DNA from: the human T2T-CHM13v2.0 reference genome, Homo sapiens
DNA: 64,000 bases
NCBI RefSeq assembly: GCF_009914755.1
Contig: NC_060932.1
Strand: one strand, 5' to 3'
This document shows positions 1 through 17,400 of this stretch, piece by piece. Numbering within the stretch: the first letter of the stretch is position 1; the number at the start of each line of letters is the position of its first letter. The position numbers were made by a program, and so were the translations under genes. The notes under the pieces were generated by a model. It made no database searches. It was not told where the DNA came from and saw nothing but the letters and a program-made list of their open reading frames with translations.

Positions 1-192
<192 letters not shown>

Positions 193-1746
193 TCAACTTT
201 CAGGTGAGCTGGCTTCCTGTATAACTCTTGTATAGGACAGAACATACTGGTTGGGGCAAGTGAAACTGTCTAGTTGTATGCCTCATAAATTAATGAATTT
301 CCTTTCTAATATATACACTGATATTTATACACACATACACATAAAACCAAGCTCAATAGATGGGTAGTGCAGCTCTATTCCCCAAAACCCAACTACCCTG
401 TAACAAGACACATTAGACTTTTGAGATTGCAAGGATGAGGACTGAAATGCTGGCCTAGACCATGGTGTTGCCATAGTGGGGTGACCAGTCTGAATAGCCA
501 ACAATGCTTCCTCAGTAAATACCCATTTTGTCTTGGTGGGATTTCTACAAATTGCAAAATGCAGCTATTATGAAGCTGTAAAAGAGAAACAGAAACATGT
601 AACACCTGGGACTGTTTTATTAGGCCCACCGTATGCTCAGAACATGAAATCTCCACTGCTAGGGTTATTTGATTGAAATTATCTTTTGTGTTGATGTGAG
701 AGTTTAGCTCTGAGATTCTTCCACATGTAAAATGTAATCCCCCAAAGTATTTGGCAAGCACATTTTATTGCCTTGGGTCAGATAATTGAAACATTAGGCA
801 TCATATATATAGCATGTAAAAAGTAAAACAGAAACATTTATGTTTCTCACCAAGCAGTAAATTAGTACTCAACTAATAAATTTCTTAAACTCCCTAATAA
901 CAGAATATGGAAACAAAAAATAAATCTTTCCAAAAGAAGAGCTCATGGACACATTTCCTCATATATGTATACATAATATAGTAGAACACATGATAAATAA
1001 CCTATAAAAATGATACCAATATCATTCATCAAGAGACGAGGCTCTTCTTTAAATTATTAATTTCATCTGTTACAGGTTTTATTATGACTGTAGTATGCTG
1101 TTTTCATCTACCTTTTATGTGTAGTTAAAAAAATAGTTTTCTATCTCTTTACCTTTATTTCAGCCTTTAAAAAGATTCCATTATTTTTTCATTAATCTTG
1201 TTTTTCAGTTTTTCCCATTTTTTCTTTTAAACATTTCTTAAGGAACCATATTTAAGATTTTATAGAATACTTAGATTTCTAGTTGGGATGTATCATTTAA
1301 AATTAGATATGTAGAGAGAGTGTTATGATATATTTCCTTACGATATATTAGTGGTTATAGTACCTAAATTTGAATAGTGATTCTGTTCATTCATTCATTC
1401 ATTCATTCAATATTCACTTCCAGGAGATTGGGGACTTATTTAAAGACAGAGTAGTTCACATTATAGTTCCTTTTTTTAGTCCTTCTTATTCGTTAAAGAA
1501 AAGACTAGGAAATGTTTGTTATTACAAATATTTTATTAAAATTTTGTGTGCTCTAGCATTATTTTACCTTTTAAAATCAATATGTTAAAAATCCAACTTC
1601 TTTTTGAGCTCCCCATAAAAAGGGAATTATTTGTTGCTTATGGGTTTAACTTGTGTTATTTTTTTCTTAATGGCTAATTATCATACATATATTCTATTAT
1701 TGTATTGATATTACTGATCATTTGTGCTACATTAAAAATTCTGTAG

Positions 1747-1959
<213 letters not shown>

Positions 1960-2463
1960 TGACTTGGGATCAATTTCCTCCAACCCTACAATAAATCTCA
2001 GTTTATCTTTAATTTTAAAAGAGAATGTTGTTTTCTTTTTCTGTTAAGCCTCCCTGTTAAGTAATAGCAGCAAGTTTAGTTTGGCCATGAATATCTTCTA
2101 GAGATTGTATCGGGGTACTGATAAACACATTTATAGCTCAGGGATACTGCATCAGCCATATTTTAAAATGGGACTAACAGTTTAAAAACTATAAATATTC
2201 ACAGTGTTAAGAAACAATCTCAAGATGCATTAAGAAAAAGGAAGGTGCAAAACAGAAAAACAAACGTAAACGTGTGTGCATATGCATGCTTATATAGTCA
2301 CATATTCTTGTATGTGTACAAAAAATACACACTGGATCTCTGCAAGCATAGCCAAGCAACTGGAAATATGTTTTTAAAAACTTGCTTTTCATTCTGTCTC
2401 TTCTAGTACTGTTTTGATGCTCTTTGAAAACAATCTAATTGCTGTAACAAATGACCATACGTA

Positions 2464-2791
<328 letters not shown>

Positions 2792-4491
2792 CTAAGATAA
2801 ATCTTTAAGGCTGTTGAGGTTTTTTGTATACAAAATGGAGAGTAAGTTTTAATGGGATGGGACAAAATGAGGCTTACAGTTGAGTTTAATTTGAGTTCAC
2901 ATCCTGTTGACATTAAGTTGATTTGGAACAAGTGATATGGTCCAATGCCTGCTTTTCTATTGTCTGTGGTTCCATCCACTAGTGCCTGTGTTACACACCT
3001 CTTGTTCAGGTTTTATCATTTAAAATAAATAAGAATAAACAGTCCATAGCTTATCTTACTTACTGAATAAATGCTCTAATTTGACAGTCATGTTTCTTAA
3101 AGTTCCTTACAAAGGCCATTGCCCAAGAAACCAAATAATTCCATTATACTATTTTTGAAATAGAACACATAATAAATGGGAATTTTAAGTTCAGTTTCTT
3201 ATGTAAACAATAACTTCTATGTACATGTTAAATATGCCTGTATATACCTAATTTGACCATGTATGTATAGTAGAAATGAAAACAGTTACTAAGAAAATTT
3301 GTTATTGGCTCCAAATTTTCTGAATTAAGTGTATTCTAATGCTCAGCCATAATATGGGGTTTCATGTGTTAGTTTATGTATTCATGGTTAAAAATGTGAA
3401 GACTGTTATATCTTCATTTGTGTCTTTTGGTATTATTTGGTTGTATTTTATTGTGTGATATGGTGGTATAATTATCCTTACCTCCCAGGAGTTTGAGAGG
3501 GTCTTGCCAGTTAACCGCAGAATTAAACATGCTTAGGACTAATTAATCAGGAGCAATACTACAATTAGTTGGAGGTAATTTGAAACCTGGTTTCAAATAA
3601 CCCTGATATTATGCACACATGGTGCACACTTTTCTAGTAGACATTTAATGAAAGTAATTTAAAACCTACCTTTGAAGGATGAAAAACATTGCCTTAAATG
3701 CTCTATTCTGTGAAAGTATCAACATTTATGCAAATACAGTCTAAATTCAGACTTTGAAAATGTATTGAAAGAGAGGATCATGAAATAAGTTAGAGCTGAG
3801 TGACAAAGCTTTCTGAGTGTTTAAAAGAATGTTTTACCTAATAAATATCTGAAATGTATTTGGAGCCACATTTGTTTAAAGAACTGTATAAATATGTAGC
3901 ACTGTTCATGTGAAGTTCAATAGTAGGAAAATGCTGACAGCCCTTGTGGAACTGTGGTTATTATTATTTTATGAATAGAGCCAATTTCAAACACCTATTA
4001 GAGTCTTCTCAGGAACATTTTATAGAATGCATCTGGAGCCTTATGTTATCTCTAAGCATTTTAGGATTTGTCTTCTTGGAAATTCATGTAACCAAACCAC
4101 CATGTGTTATTTCAAGTGTATATAGTATTGGGTTACAGTTTACTATGTTTTCAGAAGGTTGTGACAACTATTAGACTTACAGAGAATGACTTCTCTGCCA
4201 CTAACGGCTTTCTAAAGTGAATAGAGAGGGGCGAGGATTGAATTCTTCGGTAAAGCTGGGTGATTTTGTTTTATTCAATACAGTATAATAAGTATAAAAA
4301 GTAGAACCTATAGAGAGCTATAATGGGGGTAGTTTTAAAGAAATTCTGAAAATGAAAAACTTAAGTAAAGGTTTAGTTCATTGTTTATTTCACACTGAGC
4401 ATTTACTACCTGAATGTTTTGGACATTTTATTTCCATGACTGGAGTGGACACTTTTACAACTCACTGGGTTCTTTGCTGATCTTTCTCTAG

Positions 4492-4683
<192 letters not shown>

Positions 4684-4845
4684 TAATGACTTGATGAAGT
4701 AAACAAGCAATCCACTATATTTTTCACTGTTAACAGCATTAATCCTTTATGCTATTATGAAAACCTTACTTTTGTGATTCTTTTTCTTGTTTTAGGAAAA
4801 CAATCTTTCTTCCCATTATCACTCAGAGGAAAGTATACTGAGAAA

Positions 4846-5151
4846 TTTTTTTGTTTTGTTTTGTTTTTTGAGACAGAGTCTTGCTCTCTTGTCTAGGCTG
4901 GAGTGCAGTGGCGTGATCTTGGCTCGCTGCAACCTCTATCTCCCAGGTTCAAGTGATTCTCTTGCCTCAGCTTCCTGAGTAGCTGGGACTACAGGCGTGT
5001 GCCACCATGCCCAGCTATTTTTTGTATTTTTTGATAGAGACAGGGTTTTCCATGTTGGCTAGGCAGGTCTCGAACTCCTGACCTCTGATGATCCGCCCAC
5101 CTCAGCCTCCCAAAGTGCTGCGATTACAGGTGTGAGCCATGGCACCTGGCC
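4846..5151 (-). mobile_element. Alu (AluS-like)
   Basis: Antisense dimer; TSD TA(T/C)ACTGAGAAATTTT. Confidence 0.95.
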
Positions 5152-6064
5152 AATACACTGAGAAATTTTTATTTTCCTTTTCAGCTTAAGGTTACAACTT
5201 CCCCACCATCCAAAACGTGCACTTTCATTTTTTTTCTAATTTCTATCTCATCACTTGCAAAAACCATATTTTTCTCCACATTCATTCCCAGTAGCTTCCT
5301 GACTCCTAGTTCTTCCCTAAATCCTTCTGAGTCCTTGTCATTGGTTTCGCTTGAGTAGCCTTTCTAATCAACACAGTCATTGGTATCAGTTACTGTGACA
5401 TGGAAGGGACAGACCAAGTTCTGTGGGCCGCTACGTAGAAGGATTTCCTGTCACTTTGCTGCAGAACCTCAGCTCGCGGAGAGCAAGCCCCTTTGCTTGC
5501 CCTGTAGAAATATTTTAAATTATTATCCTTTTTTTTTTTAACAGAAGTAAATAGGAGATACGTTAGAGGATTTTCTCTCCTAGATGTGTAAATACAAACT
5601 TGGGGTCTTATAACTCAATAAATCTGATAAATTTCTTTTGACTGTTAGGATAGAGCAGTGGCCATACCAATAGCCTCATCTCCAAAGCTGCAGTGAAGAT
5701 ACTTTTTACTACCTTAAAGTCTTTCCCATTTGTGAACAACTTGTGAACAATTCCCCCCAAGAATTTGGAAGATCACTCTCTGAAAGCACAGTCAATACTG
5801 TACTTAAATGGATCTGAGCAAAAATAAGTCACTTAGAAGACAGGATTATTTCTAGACTTGAGTGTGACTTGACTGAAGGTCTAAAGAACGAACAGCTCCT
5901 TCACTTCCATTGATCACGGTGGAAGCACAGGGAAAGGACAGACACGGAGGCAAGTTGGAGTAGTGCTCATCTAAGTTCCAGGGATGCGGGGGAGTGGCCA
6001 GGGGACTTCAGGTATAGTAAATAAATAACCTATTTATAAGTTATGTCAATGTCATGTTTGAAAT

Positions 6065-6665
6065 AGAAAACCAAATACTGCATGTTCTTACTTACAAGCA
6101 GGAGCTAAAGTTGGTGCATATGGATATAAAAATGAGAACAGGCTGGGCGTGGTGGCTTGTGTCTGTAATCCCAGCACTTTGGGAGACCTAGATGGAAGGA
6201 TTGCTTGAGCTCAGGAGTTCAAGACCAGCCTGAGCAACATAGTGTGACCCCCATCTCTACAAAAAATAAGAAAATTAGCCAGACGTGGTGGCATATACCT
6301 ATAGTCTCAGCTACTTGGGAGTCTGAGTCAGGAGGAGTGCTTGAGCTCAGGAGTTTGGGGTTATAATAAGCTGTGATCATGCCACTGTGCTCCAGCCTGA
6401 GTGACACCCAGAGTGAGAACCTGTCTCAAAAGGAGAAAAAAAAAAAAGTAACAGTAGACGCTGGGGACTACTGAGGGGAGGGAAGGAACAATGGTTGAAA
6501 AGGTGGGAAGGGACAGTGGTTGAAAAACTACGTGTTGGGTACTATGCTCACTATCTGGGTGATGGGATCAATTGTACCTCAAACCTCAGCATCCTGCAAT
6601 ATACTAATGTTACAAACCTGCCCATGTACTACCTGAATCTAAAGTAAAAGTTATAATTTAAAAAA
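6065..6665 (+). mobile_element. old L1 3' end (L1PB/L1MA-like) interrupted by an AluJ at 6141-6447
   Basis: L1 3' UTR motifs CTGCATGTTCTTACTTA...GGGTACTATGCTCACTA...AAACCTGCCCATGTAC...AAAGTAAAAGTT on both sides of an Alu. Confidence 0.8.
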
Positions 6666-6782
6666 ATTATAATAAAATCAGAAAATAAAGGTCTGAGATG
6701 GAAAATTAAAAGACCAAAGCCACCCATAAGCACAATAAATCCCTCCCCCCAAAAAATTATATCTATTAAAAAAAGGTGTTGC

Positions 6783-7137
<355 letters not shown>

Positions 7138-7827
7138 TCAAGATTGGAAAAATCTTTAAATGTTAATTACACAATAAGGGTAAAAGGAGAAAAATTACCT
7201 AATGTCATCTGAGCAACAAGAAGAAGAAATGAAAGGCATTAAAAATTGGGAAAAATTTATATTTGACAGTATCTTAACAACGAATTCTGCTTCTATATCA
7301 CTTCCTAGCTTTCTGATGATAACTTCCCGTGCAGATCTGTATGTAAGGAATGGACGTAGTAGTCATGCTAATCTGAGTATTTATCTGTGTGATACTTACG
7401 AATTAACGATGTAAGTTAATAAGTTAGCATTTCGTGAACCTGGTTAATACCATTTGCTAAGGTTAAATTAGCCAAATCCTGAAGTAAGCTGTAAAACATC
7501 CAAGGTAGGGTAGAGAGGCATCTTATGAGAAAGCTGGCCAACTCTCCTGGTCACCTTCTAATCTTCCTAACTTCAGAAATCAAGGCAGAGAGAGGAAAAT
7601 AGTAATTACTTTGTAGGATTAGATTTATGGTTGTCGAAACCTTTGTTTCTCCAGTGCAGAATGAGATAGCGTTTTAGGGAAAGCCAAAGACTCAGATGTC
7701 TTCTTCATGCTCATCGTGTGGAATTTTTCTTCCTTTAGAAATGTATTGTCTCTCAGGGCTTAAAGCAATTTGCATCTTTCGATGAGACATTGAGTAATAG
7801 GCAATATTCTCTGAAATAATTTGTGCA

Positions 7828-8124
7828 GGCTGGGCACAGTGGCTCACACCTGTAATCCCAGCACTTTGGGAGGCCGAGGCGGGCAGGTCACTGAGGTCAG
7901 GTGTTGGAGACGAGCCTGACCAACATGGTGAAACCCCGTCTCTACTAAAAATACCAAAATTAGCTGGGCTTGGTGGCACACACCTGTAATCCCAGCTACT
8001 TGGGAGGCTGAGGCAGGAGAATTGCTTGAACCCCCATGGGAGGTGGAGGTTGTGGTGAGCCAAGATTGTGTCATTGTACTACAGTCTGGACAACAGAGTG
8101 AGACTCTGTCTCAAAAAAAAAAAA
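7828..8124 (+). mobile_element. Alu (AluS-like)
   Basis: Full dimer; TSD AATTTGTGCA. Confidence 0.95.
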
Positions 8125-8401
8125 TAGAATTTGTGCAGTTCCCCCCACCCCCTTTTTTTTTTCTGTTGGCATTTTTGCTATCATTTAGCTGCCTTCTTTA
8201 TATCCTGAAACTTACAGGTGGTGTTGGTCTAGTCAGTAAGAGCAAAGGCTTTGGGAATAGATAGATCTGTATTTAGACCTTGGCTCTAGCATTTCATTGT
8301 TATGTGACCTCCATCAAGTGACCTAATTTCCCTAATATTCAATTTCCTCATCTCTAAGACAGGGAGTTAATATTGCCTCTCTTATAGAATTGTGAGAAAT
8401 A

Positions 8402-9945
<1,544 letters not shown>

Positions 9946-10007
9946 TAAATTAGATACTGTTCAGAAAGCTTTGGCACACTGGTAATAGCAAATGGTGGTG
10001 GCAAATA

Positions 10008-10029
10008 TGATGATGATGATGATGATGAT
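10008..10029. repeat. (GAT)n microsatellite
   Basis: About 7 TGA/GAT units. Confidence 0.9.
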
Positions 10030-10217
10030 TGAAGACATAGATGGTAAAATTTTATGGTGTCTTAAAAGTACCCTCTAAATATGATTATTTTTATAGTCTG
10101 TCCTTTTGAATAGGCACTTAAGAATGTATGAACTTAATAAGTATATAAGAAAGAATGTTCCCCAAAATATATCTTACAGAGGCATACAATTTAAGAATTC
10201 AAACAGGTTGTAATGGG

Positions 10218-10253
10218 GTGTGTGTGTGTGTGCACACGCGCACGCATGCGTGC
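10218..10253. repeat. (GT)n plus mixed alternating purine-pyrimidine tract
   Basis: gtgtgtgtgtgtgtgcacacgcgcacgcatgcgtgc. Confidence 0.9.
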
Positions 10254-10982
10254 TCATTCACACTAAAGAATTCTTGGGCATATGTTCCTGAATGTCCTAA
10301 ATGGACATTCTAACATCACTTCATTATGGGCAGAGGGAAATGGTAAAGAAAAATTTCATATTATATTATTCAGCCACATATTGACAGCATCTGTTTTATT
10401 TGCCTATGGTAAAGAATTGAAGCACTGTTAATTTGCTTTTTAAATCATGTAGGCACAAAGTTATCGAACTTTAGATTTAGAAATGAAACTGGAAATCATT
10501 ACACTTTCCCTTTCCTATCCCCACCCTGTTTTGGAGAGAAAGAGTGTGAGGCTTAGAGAGTTATAAAACTGTTTTAATACCATGTCTAAGATTAATAACT
10601 GAACAAGTTTCTCTTTTTACTCGTGTTAAAGTTGTACTGCCAATTAACTTAAAAGAAAGAAATATGCAATTTCTAATCCTGATATAGGATATGGGTATAT
10701 AAACTCTAACTTGATGAGTGAAACAAATTAACTTATTTATAATCAGTTTCATATCTTTATTTATTGAGTGTCTTTAAATACCCCTTACCTTTAAAGTAAG
10801 AAATATTAAAATCAAGCAGAATATAATAATGAAAAATTCTTAAGATATACTTACTAAAAACTTATCCTTCGGTTAATACACTGTATGTAGGTTGTACATA
10901 CAATATGAAAAAGTATATTTTTGTAGCCTACTTTTAAATCCAGAATAGAGGAGGTTAAGAAGGTTGTGATAACCATGAGCTC

Positions 10983-11264
10983 TTTTTTTTTTTTTTTTGG
11001 GACAAGGTCTTACTCTGTTTCCCAGGCTGGAGTGCCGTGGCACAATCATAGCTTACTGCAGCCTTGAACTCTTGGGCTTAAGCAAGCCTTCCACTTCAGC
11101 CTTCCAAGTAGCTGGGACCACACCTGGCTAATTTTTAAGTATTTTTGTAGAGATGAGTTCTCACTACATTGCCCAGGCTAGTCTTGAACCCCTAGCCTTA
11201 AGCGATCCTCCCACCTCAGCCTGCCTAAGTGCTGGGATTACAGGTGTGAGCCACTGAGCCCAGC
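10983..11264 (-). mobile_element. Alu (AluJ-like)
   Basis: Antisense dimer with poly(T). Confidence 0.92.
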
Positions 11265-12517
11265 CCTCTTTTATTTCTTTTGATAGTACACTCATAATCA
11301 TTAAACTATCATTTCTGGATGTGAGATTCTGCTTTTGGATTCTTATTTTTTCTTTATAAAATACTTTTTGTTCTCTTACTGGAGAAAACATTGTTGGATT
11401 ATAAATGATATAACAAGGAATGAGGATATACATACTATAATAACGATTCAGATATGTTATTTTCATATTTTATTTAACTGTAGCCATGCCACAATAATTT
11501 AGAGTTTTAAAGAACAAGTTTGATTGAAATCTAAACTTTGTACAATCCTGAATTGAGAAGTTTCCTGTATTTTATTATGACACAATATTTACCTAAAAAT
11601 AGAGTAATTATGAATTGAGAAAACATAGCTATTAATTTCATACTCTTATTTGTTAAGTAGATTTTGTCTGGAAAACTGTTCATATTTAAAGGAGCTTTGT
11701 ACCTTTGTATTCTTTTTGTTTTTCCTTGTTTATATAATTTTAAACTCTGTTTATGGATTTGGGATTCTAACTATGCTAAATAATAAATTAAGGCATTGAA
11801 TGAAGTACCTAGACAGTATTTTGATTAATTTTATTCCCCCATTCTTAATGTGCATGTAACTGGAAAATTAAGAGTGGCTTCCAAGGGATCTACTACAAAA
11901 GTAAGGTTAATATGATCTCTTTTAAAACACTGAAGGCGTGTAGCCAGTGTTGTCATTAATTCTGCAGTAGATATTTTCAGCACTTATTTACATGGGAAGT
12001 TAGAGCAGAGTAAGATGCACCTGTAAAGCTAAATGCCACTTATTTGCATATATATAAAACGCAGGATGAATTTACCATAGAAATATAAAGGGTACTTATA
12101 GAAATGTATTAGAAAAATATATGAATTTTTAACTTATATCTAGAAGTTAACTTTATACATTTAACTTTAAATCATTAATAGTGGTTTAACACCATAAGCG
12201 GATGTTTATGCATCATCATTTTATGAACAAAAGACATTCTAATTTTAGAAATAAAGTGATTCAAAAGAGAATAAAATATCTTACTTTTTCTTTTAAAATT
12301 AATTTGTTTAGCGCATTACATGATAATAGCTCAAGCTTGTGTGATTTTTCCCTAAAAAATTGGTTTATAAATATTACATTTATAGTATGAAGAAATTAAT
12401 CATACATAGTTTATTTATCTAATTTCTAAATACCCATGGAAGAAAATGAATTTAATGGAATGTAGTTGTGTATTACTTGGTTTCGAGTGTGGGAAAATTT
12501 ATATGGTCTTTCTAAAA

Positions 12518-12770
12518 CAGCACTGTCAGTAGAAATACAATGTGAGCTACATATGCAATTTTAAATTTTCTAGTAGCCACATTTTAAAAAGTAAATGGAT
12601 GCAATTTATTTTGATAATATAATTTAATTAGTCTACTATATTTAAAATTTTATCATTTCAACATGTAATCAATATGAAAATTATTAATGAGATATTTTAC
12701 ATACTTTTTTCTGTAATAAGCCTTTGTAATCAGGTATGTACTTTATATATACAACAAATCTTCTGATGCT
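12518..12770. mobile_element. MER33-like hAT-Charlie element
   Basis: CAGCACTGTC...AAATTTTCTAGTAGCCACATT...ATTTCAACATGTAATCAATAT...AATGAGATATTTTACAT. Confidence 0.7.
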
Positions 12771-14124
12771 AAATTTTAACTGGAAATACTTGATCTGTGT
12801 TTAGCTTTTGTAAAATTTACTGTTGAACAACGTGGACTAATGTGCCTAAGTGGTTCCAAACATATTTTAAAATTTGAAGACAAATAAAAGGGAACTCAAA
12901 GTAAATTGGGATACATACATACAACAGAATACTGAGCCATTAAAAAATGATGAAATAGTAAAATTGGGGGAATTTTGATGATACTAGGATGATATAATGA
13001 CCAAGAGACAAATACAATTTTAGTTTGGTTGAGAGATGTGATCATCACGTTGCTGATTTTACTATGTATAGAGGTTATCTTTTCCTTTCTAAGATTTTGA
13101 AACTTTAATTAGTTAACCCACTTACCTAGTTTCTATTAGCTGTGTAACTTTCTCTTCCTGTTTTTTGTTTTGTTTTGTTTTGTTTTTTGCTTTTTAACTG
13201 CAGTATTTTGAGGAGTCTTGGAGTAGCAAGCTAATCTTTGGAAGAAAGGAAAATATAAACCTGAAAACTAACAATTTAAAGAACGTCTTTTCAGGTTATC
13301 ATTTGAAAAATACTTGATTTCTGATCACTGATTTGAATTGAGTGTCAAATATTTGATATGTTTTGTAAATTAGGTGAAGATGAGTGAGTAGGTTCTAAAC
13401 TGCTTGGGTTTACCGCACTCTGGAGCATTGCAGAAGAATGTGATGTTGGAAGGAAGTGCTGAAACATAATTATTGGCTTGCCTATAGGAGGGTGCTACAT
13501 AATTTTAGAAGGTGTCAAGAAATTGACACAGTCTGAATTAGTTCTGTTGAGTTGCAAAAAATGTAAAGTTTCTTGATTCTGAAAATAAGAAATATGTTCC
13601 CAGAAATCTCATCTAGTTAATGTGCTTTTAAAATCATTGATGTCTCTTGTTATTACAATAATAGCCATTGAAAGAATCTTTTTTATTAGAATGTTATTTA
13701 CAGGTACGATTAGCTTCTATTTAAATAAATTATTTTTATACTTGATCTTAGGCAAAAGGCCAACAAGTGATCAGAATAAATTATTTTAAGAGAAAACTAA
13801 TTATAATTGATATTTGGAATTGGAAGCACAATTTCCTTTAGAACAATTCCACGAATGGTTGTTTTGATTCTCAAGGCAGCCCACAAAAGACAGTTTGAAA
13901 CACAATTTATGCAGTGTCAATAGTACTGACCTGACTTTGGATCTTGGAGGCAGGGGCTTCAGGTGATACCCGAGTGGAGTTTTTACTCCATTTCCATTCC
14001 GTAAGGCTATAGGCATTTGAAAGAGGAAACTTTTCTTTGGCAACCTTCCACCTTCCTTTCTACAGAATATTTCAGTATTTCTAGCTCATAGGTTTTCTAA
14101 AATATTCTCTGTAATTTATTTTGA

Positions 14125-14448
<324 letters not shown>

Positions 14449-17400
14449 TGAATTCTGATATGATTACTTTCTCTATGTGCTACATTTCCTTTGCTTTTCA
14501 TAAATATGATCTGAGAAAAGTGATTAAAAAAAAGACAGTAAAAGGGAGGTTTAGTCCATCTGTTTAGCTTATTATGTAGAATGTCAGCTTAAATTTTACC
14601 TGTACCTCATATTGACCGTATAGCCTGGAAAATCTTTCGGAGGTATAGTTAATGGATTTAAGCATATGACAGTTTATGTAGTTAATGAAAGTGAAAACAA
14701 ATTGTATTATAAATACCTCCCAAACTGGTTTATTATCATTCTATCATTCTTCATGCTCTGTTAGTATGATATTGAATATCTGAGGTACCAGGATTATTGT
14801 TGCTTGTGGCTCTGAGCATTTCGTAGTGCTTTTGCATGATGAGAGAAAGATTACAAATTTAGTATTATGTTAGATGGTACGTTTTATTAAAATCAAATGC
14901 TTCAAAAATAATTGCTCTGTGTATGGCATGAGATAAATAGCAATCAGATATATTGTTTAATAATATGACTCTATTAAATGATGGCATAAATTTGAAAATT
15001 TGACCTTCGGTATCTTCCGGGTCTAAAATTATATGACTCCATTATAAATATTTTGGAAATGATTAACTAAAAAATTGTTTCAATTCTTAGTTGGTAAATT
15101 CAATGTGGTAGTAGGTGGTGGTGATTATTTTGTATTAGAGAATTAGGAATTACACTTAGTTCTAAGGTAATCTTTATAGGATGTCCAGCAATTAAACCCC
15201 TACTTTTTTGAATTGCTTAAAAATAAGGGAACTGATCTTTTTAAATTCTGTACTTGAGTTACGTCTGTATATATAGTCATGTCCTAGATAATCTAATGGA
15301 ACTTAATTAGTTGGAAATCTTTATATTGTTTATAACTGAACTAGCTATAAGAGGAACATTAAAGAAAACATATTTTGAGTGGAGGTAATGAAATTTAGCT
15401 TCTAATGCTCAGCCTTTTATTTCTGTAATCTATACCAGATACCTAAGACCCTCTTATTGTTTCCCAGCTTCAACCTGTCAGTATAGAAAACGGTGTAACT
15501 TACTATTTTTTCTCAATATTGAAGCACATTTGTAGTGAAATATTATTTTAACTATATATTGCCATTTTTGCTTTTTCCCTATTTCAGTAACATTTTTCGC
15601 TATTTCAGTAACATTACATGTCAACAAGAGAATGGTGGGTATTTTGGGGGGGGTTGGGTGGGAAGAAATTTTACTAAGCTTGCTAGATTCTAAAAGGTAT
15701 ACCTTATTTGGCCCCTTTTCCCCATTTAGGGGAACAAGGGTGTTGGGGCTGGGAAGTAGATAAGAGGTGAGTAAGTCATCCAAAGCATATGTCTTCATTA
15801 GCCTCCCTGTATGAAAAGCTGATTTCTGTAGAGTGTTGGAGGCCTACTTTCAGAATCTGTCATATGTTAACATTCATCTTCTCTACTGACCTGATTTATA
15901 TCCCTTAGTCTATTTCATTTTATAATTATGACAAAGGATAAAGTCATTAGAACAAATTCTTTTTATTAGTTGACGTATTGTTGTGTTTATATCTCTTGTG
16001 TTTGTTATTAAGATGGAAGCTCAATCATGTCCTTGTTTAACAGAAAGGTGATGTCTTGGCATTGATAATTCTGATTCAATATCCATAGGTACATGGTGGA
16101 TTCTTTAAATATTTAGTATTCTTTTATTTCTGGAAAGTTTTCTTAAATGATAGTTTTTTTAAAATTTCATTTCTATAAAGTTTTCTTAAATCATACTTTT
16201 TAGTGTTTTATTCCATTACTTCATATTTCTTCTTCAGGAACTCCTGCTATACATGTATGTTGGATCTTCATTACCCAGCTTCAATATTTTTCACTTTTCA
16301 TGCATTCTTTTTATTTCTTCATTTCTCTTTAAATTTTTTTCTTCCTTTTCACCTTCTATTTCTCTTTTAACATAATTGTATTTATTTCTGTATTCCACAT
16401 AGCTTAGTATTCACTTATTTTAAAATTATTTTAAAACGTTTTTTAGATTTAAAAATTCTTTTTTTATTTATATATACATATTTTATTTTTACCAAAGGAG
16501 CAACACTATTAACTGAAGACTTCTATAATTTTTTTCTTTTATTTCTGATTCTTTCTTCGGTTTTCCCCCTCAGTTTTGAACTTTTCTAATTTTGATTTGT
16601 GATGTCCTTTTGTATTTTAGATAATTTTCCTAATGTTTTCCAGCTCATTTGGAAAGGCTACAGTTTTATTCTGTACCTAAGCAAGTCTTTCTGGTGTCAA
16701 AGATTTGACCTTGATACTTTTCTTTTGCTCATTTTCGTATGAGATTAGTTTTCCTGTACTTTCAAAAGAAGGCGTGGTTCAAGATGGCTTTCCCAATTTC
16801 ACATCTGTCTCTAATGTTTTTGTGTAATGTCTAAAATATGGAAACTTGGTTTATGAGATCTACTCTGCCATTTTTATCTGGGCTTTCTCTTCCTTTTGTC
16901 TCTGTTGTACCTGTCCTGCTTGGTTTTGATTTAACCCCAGTGGTTTCTCCTGAATGTGGAGCCTTCTCCTAGAAGGCAGCCTCGGCTAGTCCCAGGGTTC
17001 AGAGTAGCCAGCTGCTCTCTTCACCTAAGAGACCACTGTGGATTCCTTGTACTCACTTGCTATTGGCTTGGACAAAAGCCCTCCCATTTTCAGATGCTAT
17101 TATCAGATTAATCTCTCATTAATCTGTCTTTCCAGTGTATGCCTGTGGGCTATCTTGGGGTTCTCTTGTTATCAGACACCTCCCTGCTGGCCTCTGCTTT
17201 CTCCCGTACAGATGTCAGTACTGTGCAGGTCTTAATTGCTGTTGGTGGTTTGCCCCTACATTCTTACAGTTTTAGTTTCCCAAGGATACCTTTAAACTTG
17301 GTTTTATTGTAAATGTCGACAATGGATTTTGGGTTTTACTATCTAGTTCTGTCTTAATTCTGGAATTCAGAAAGATTAAAAGCTCTGTTGTTGCAGCTGC

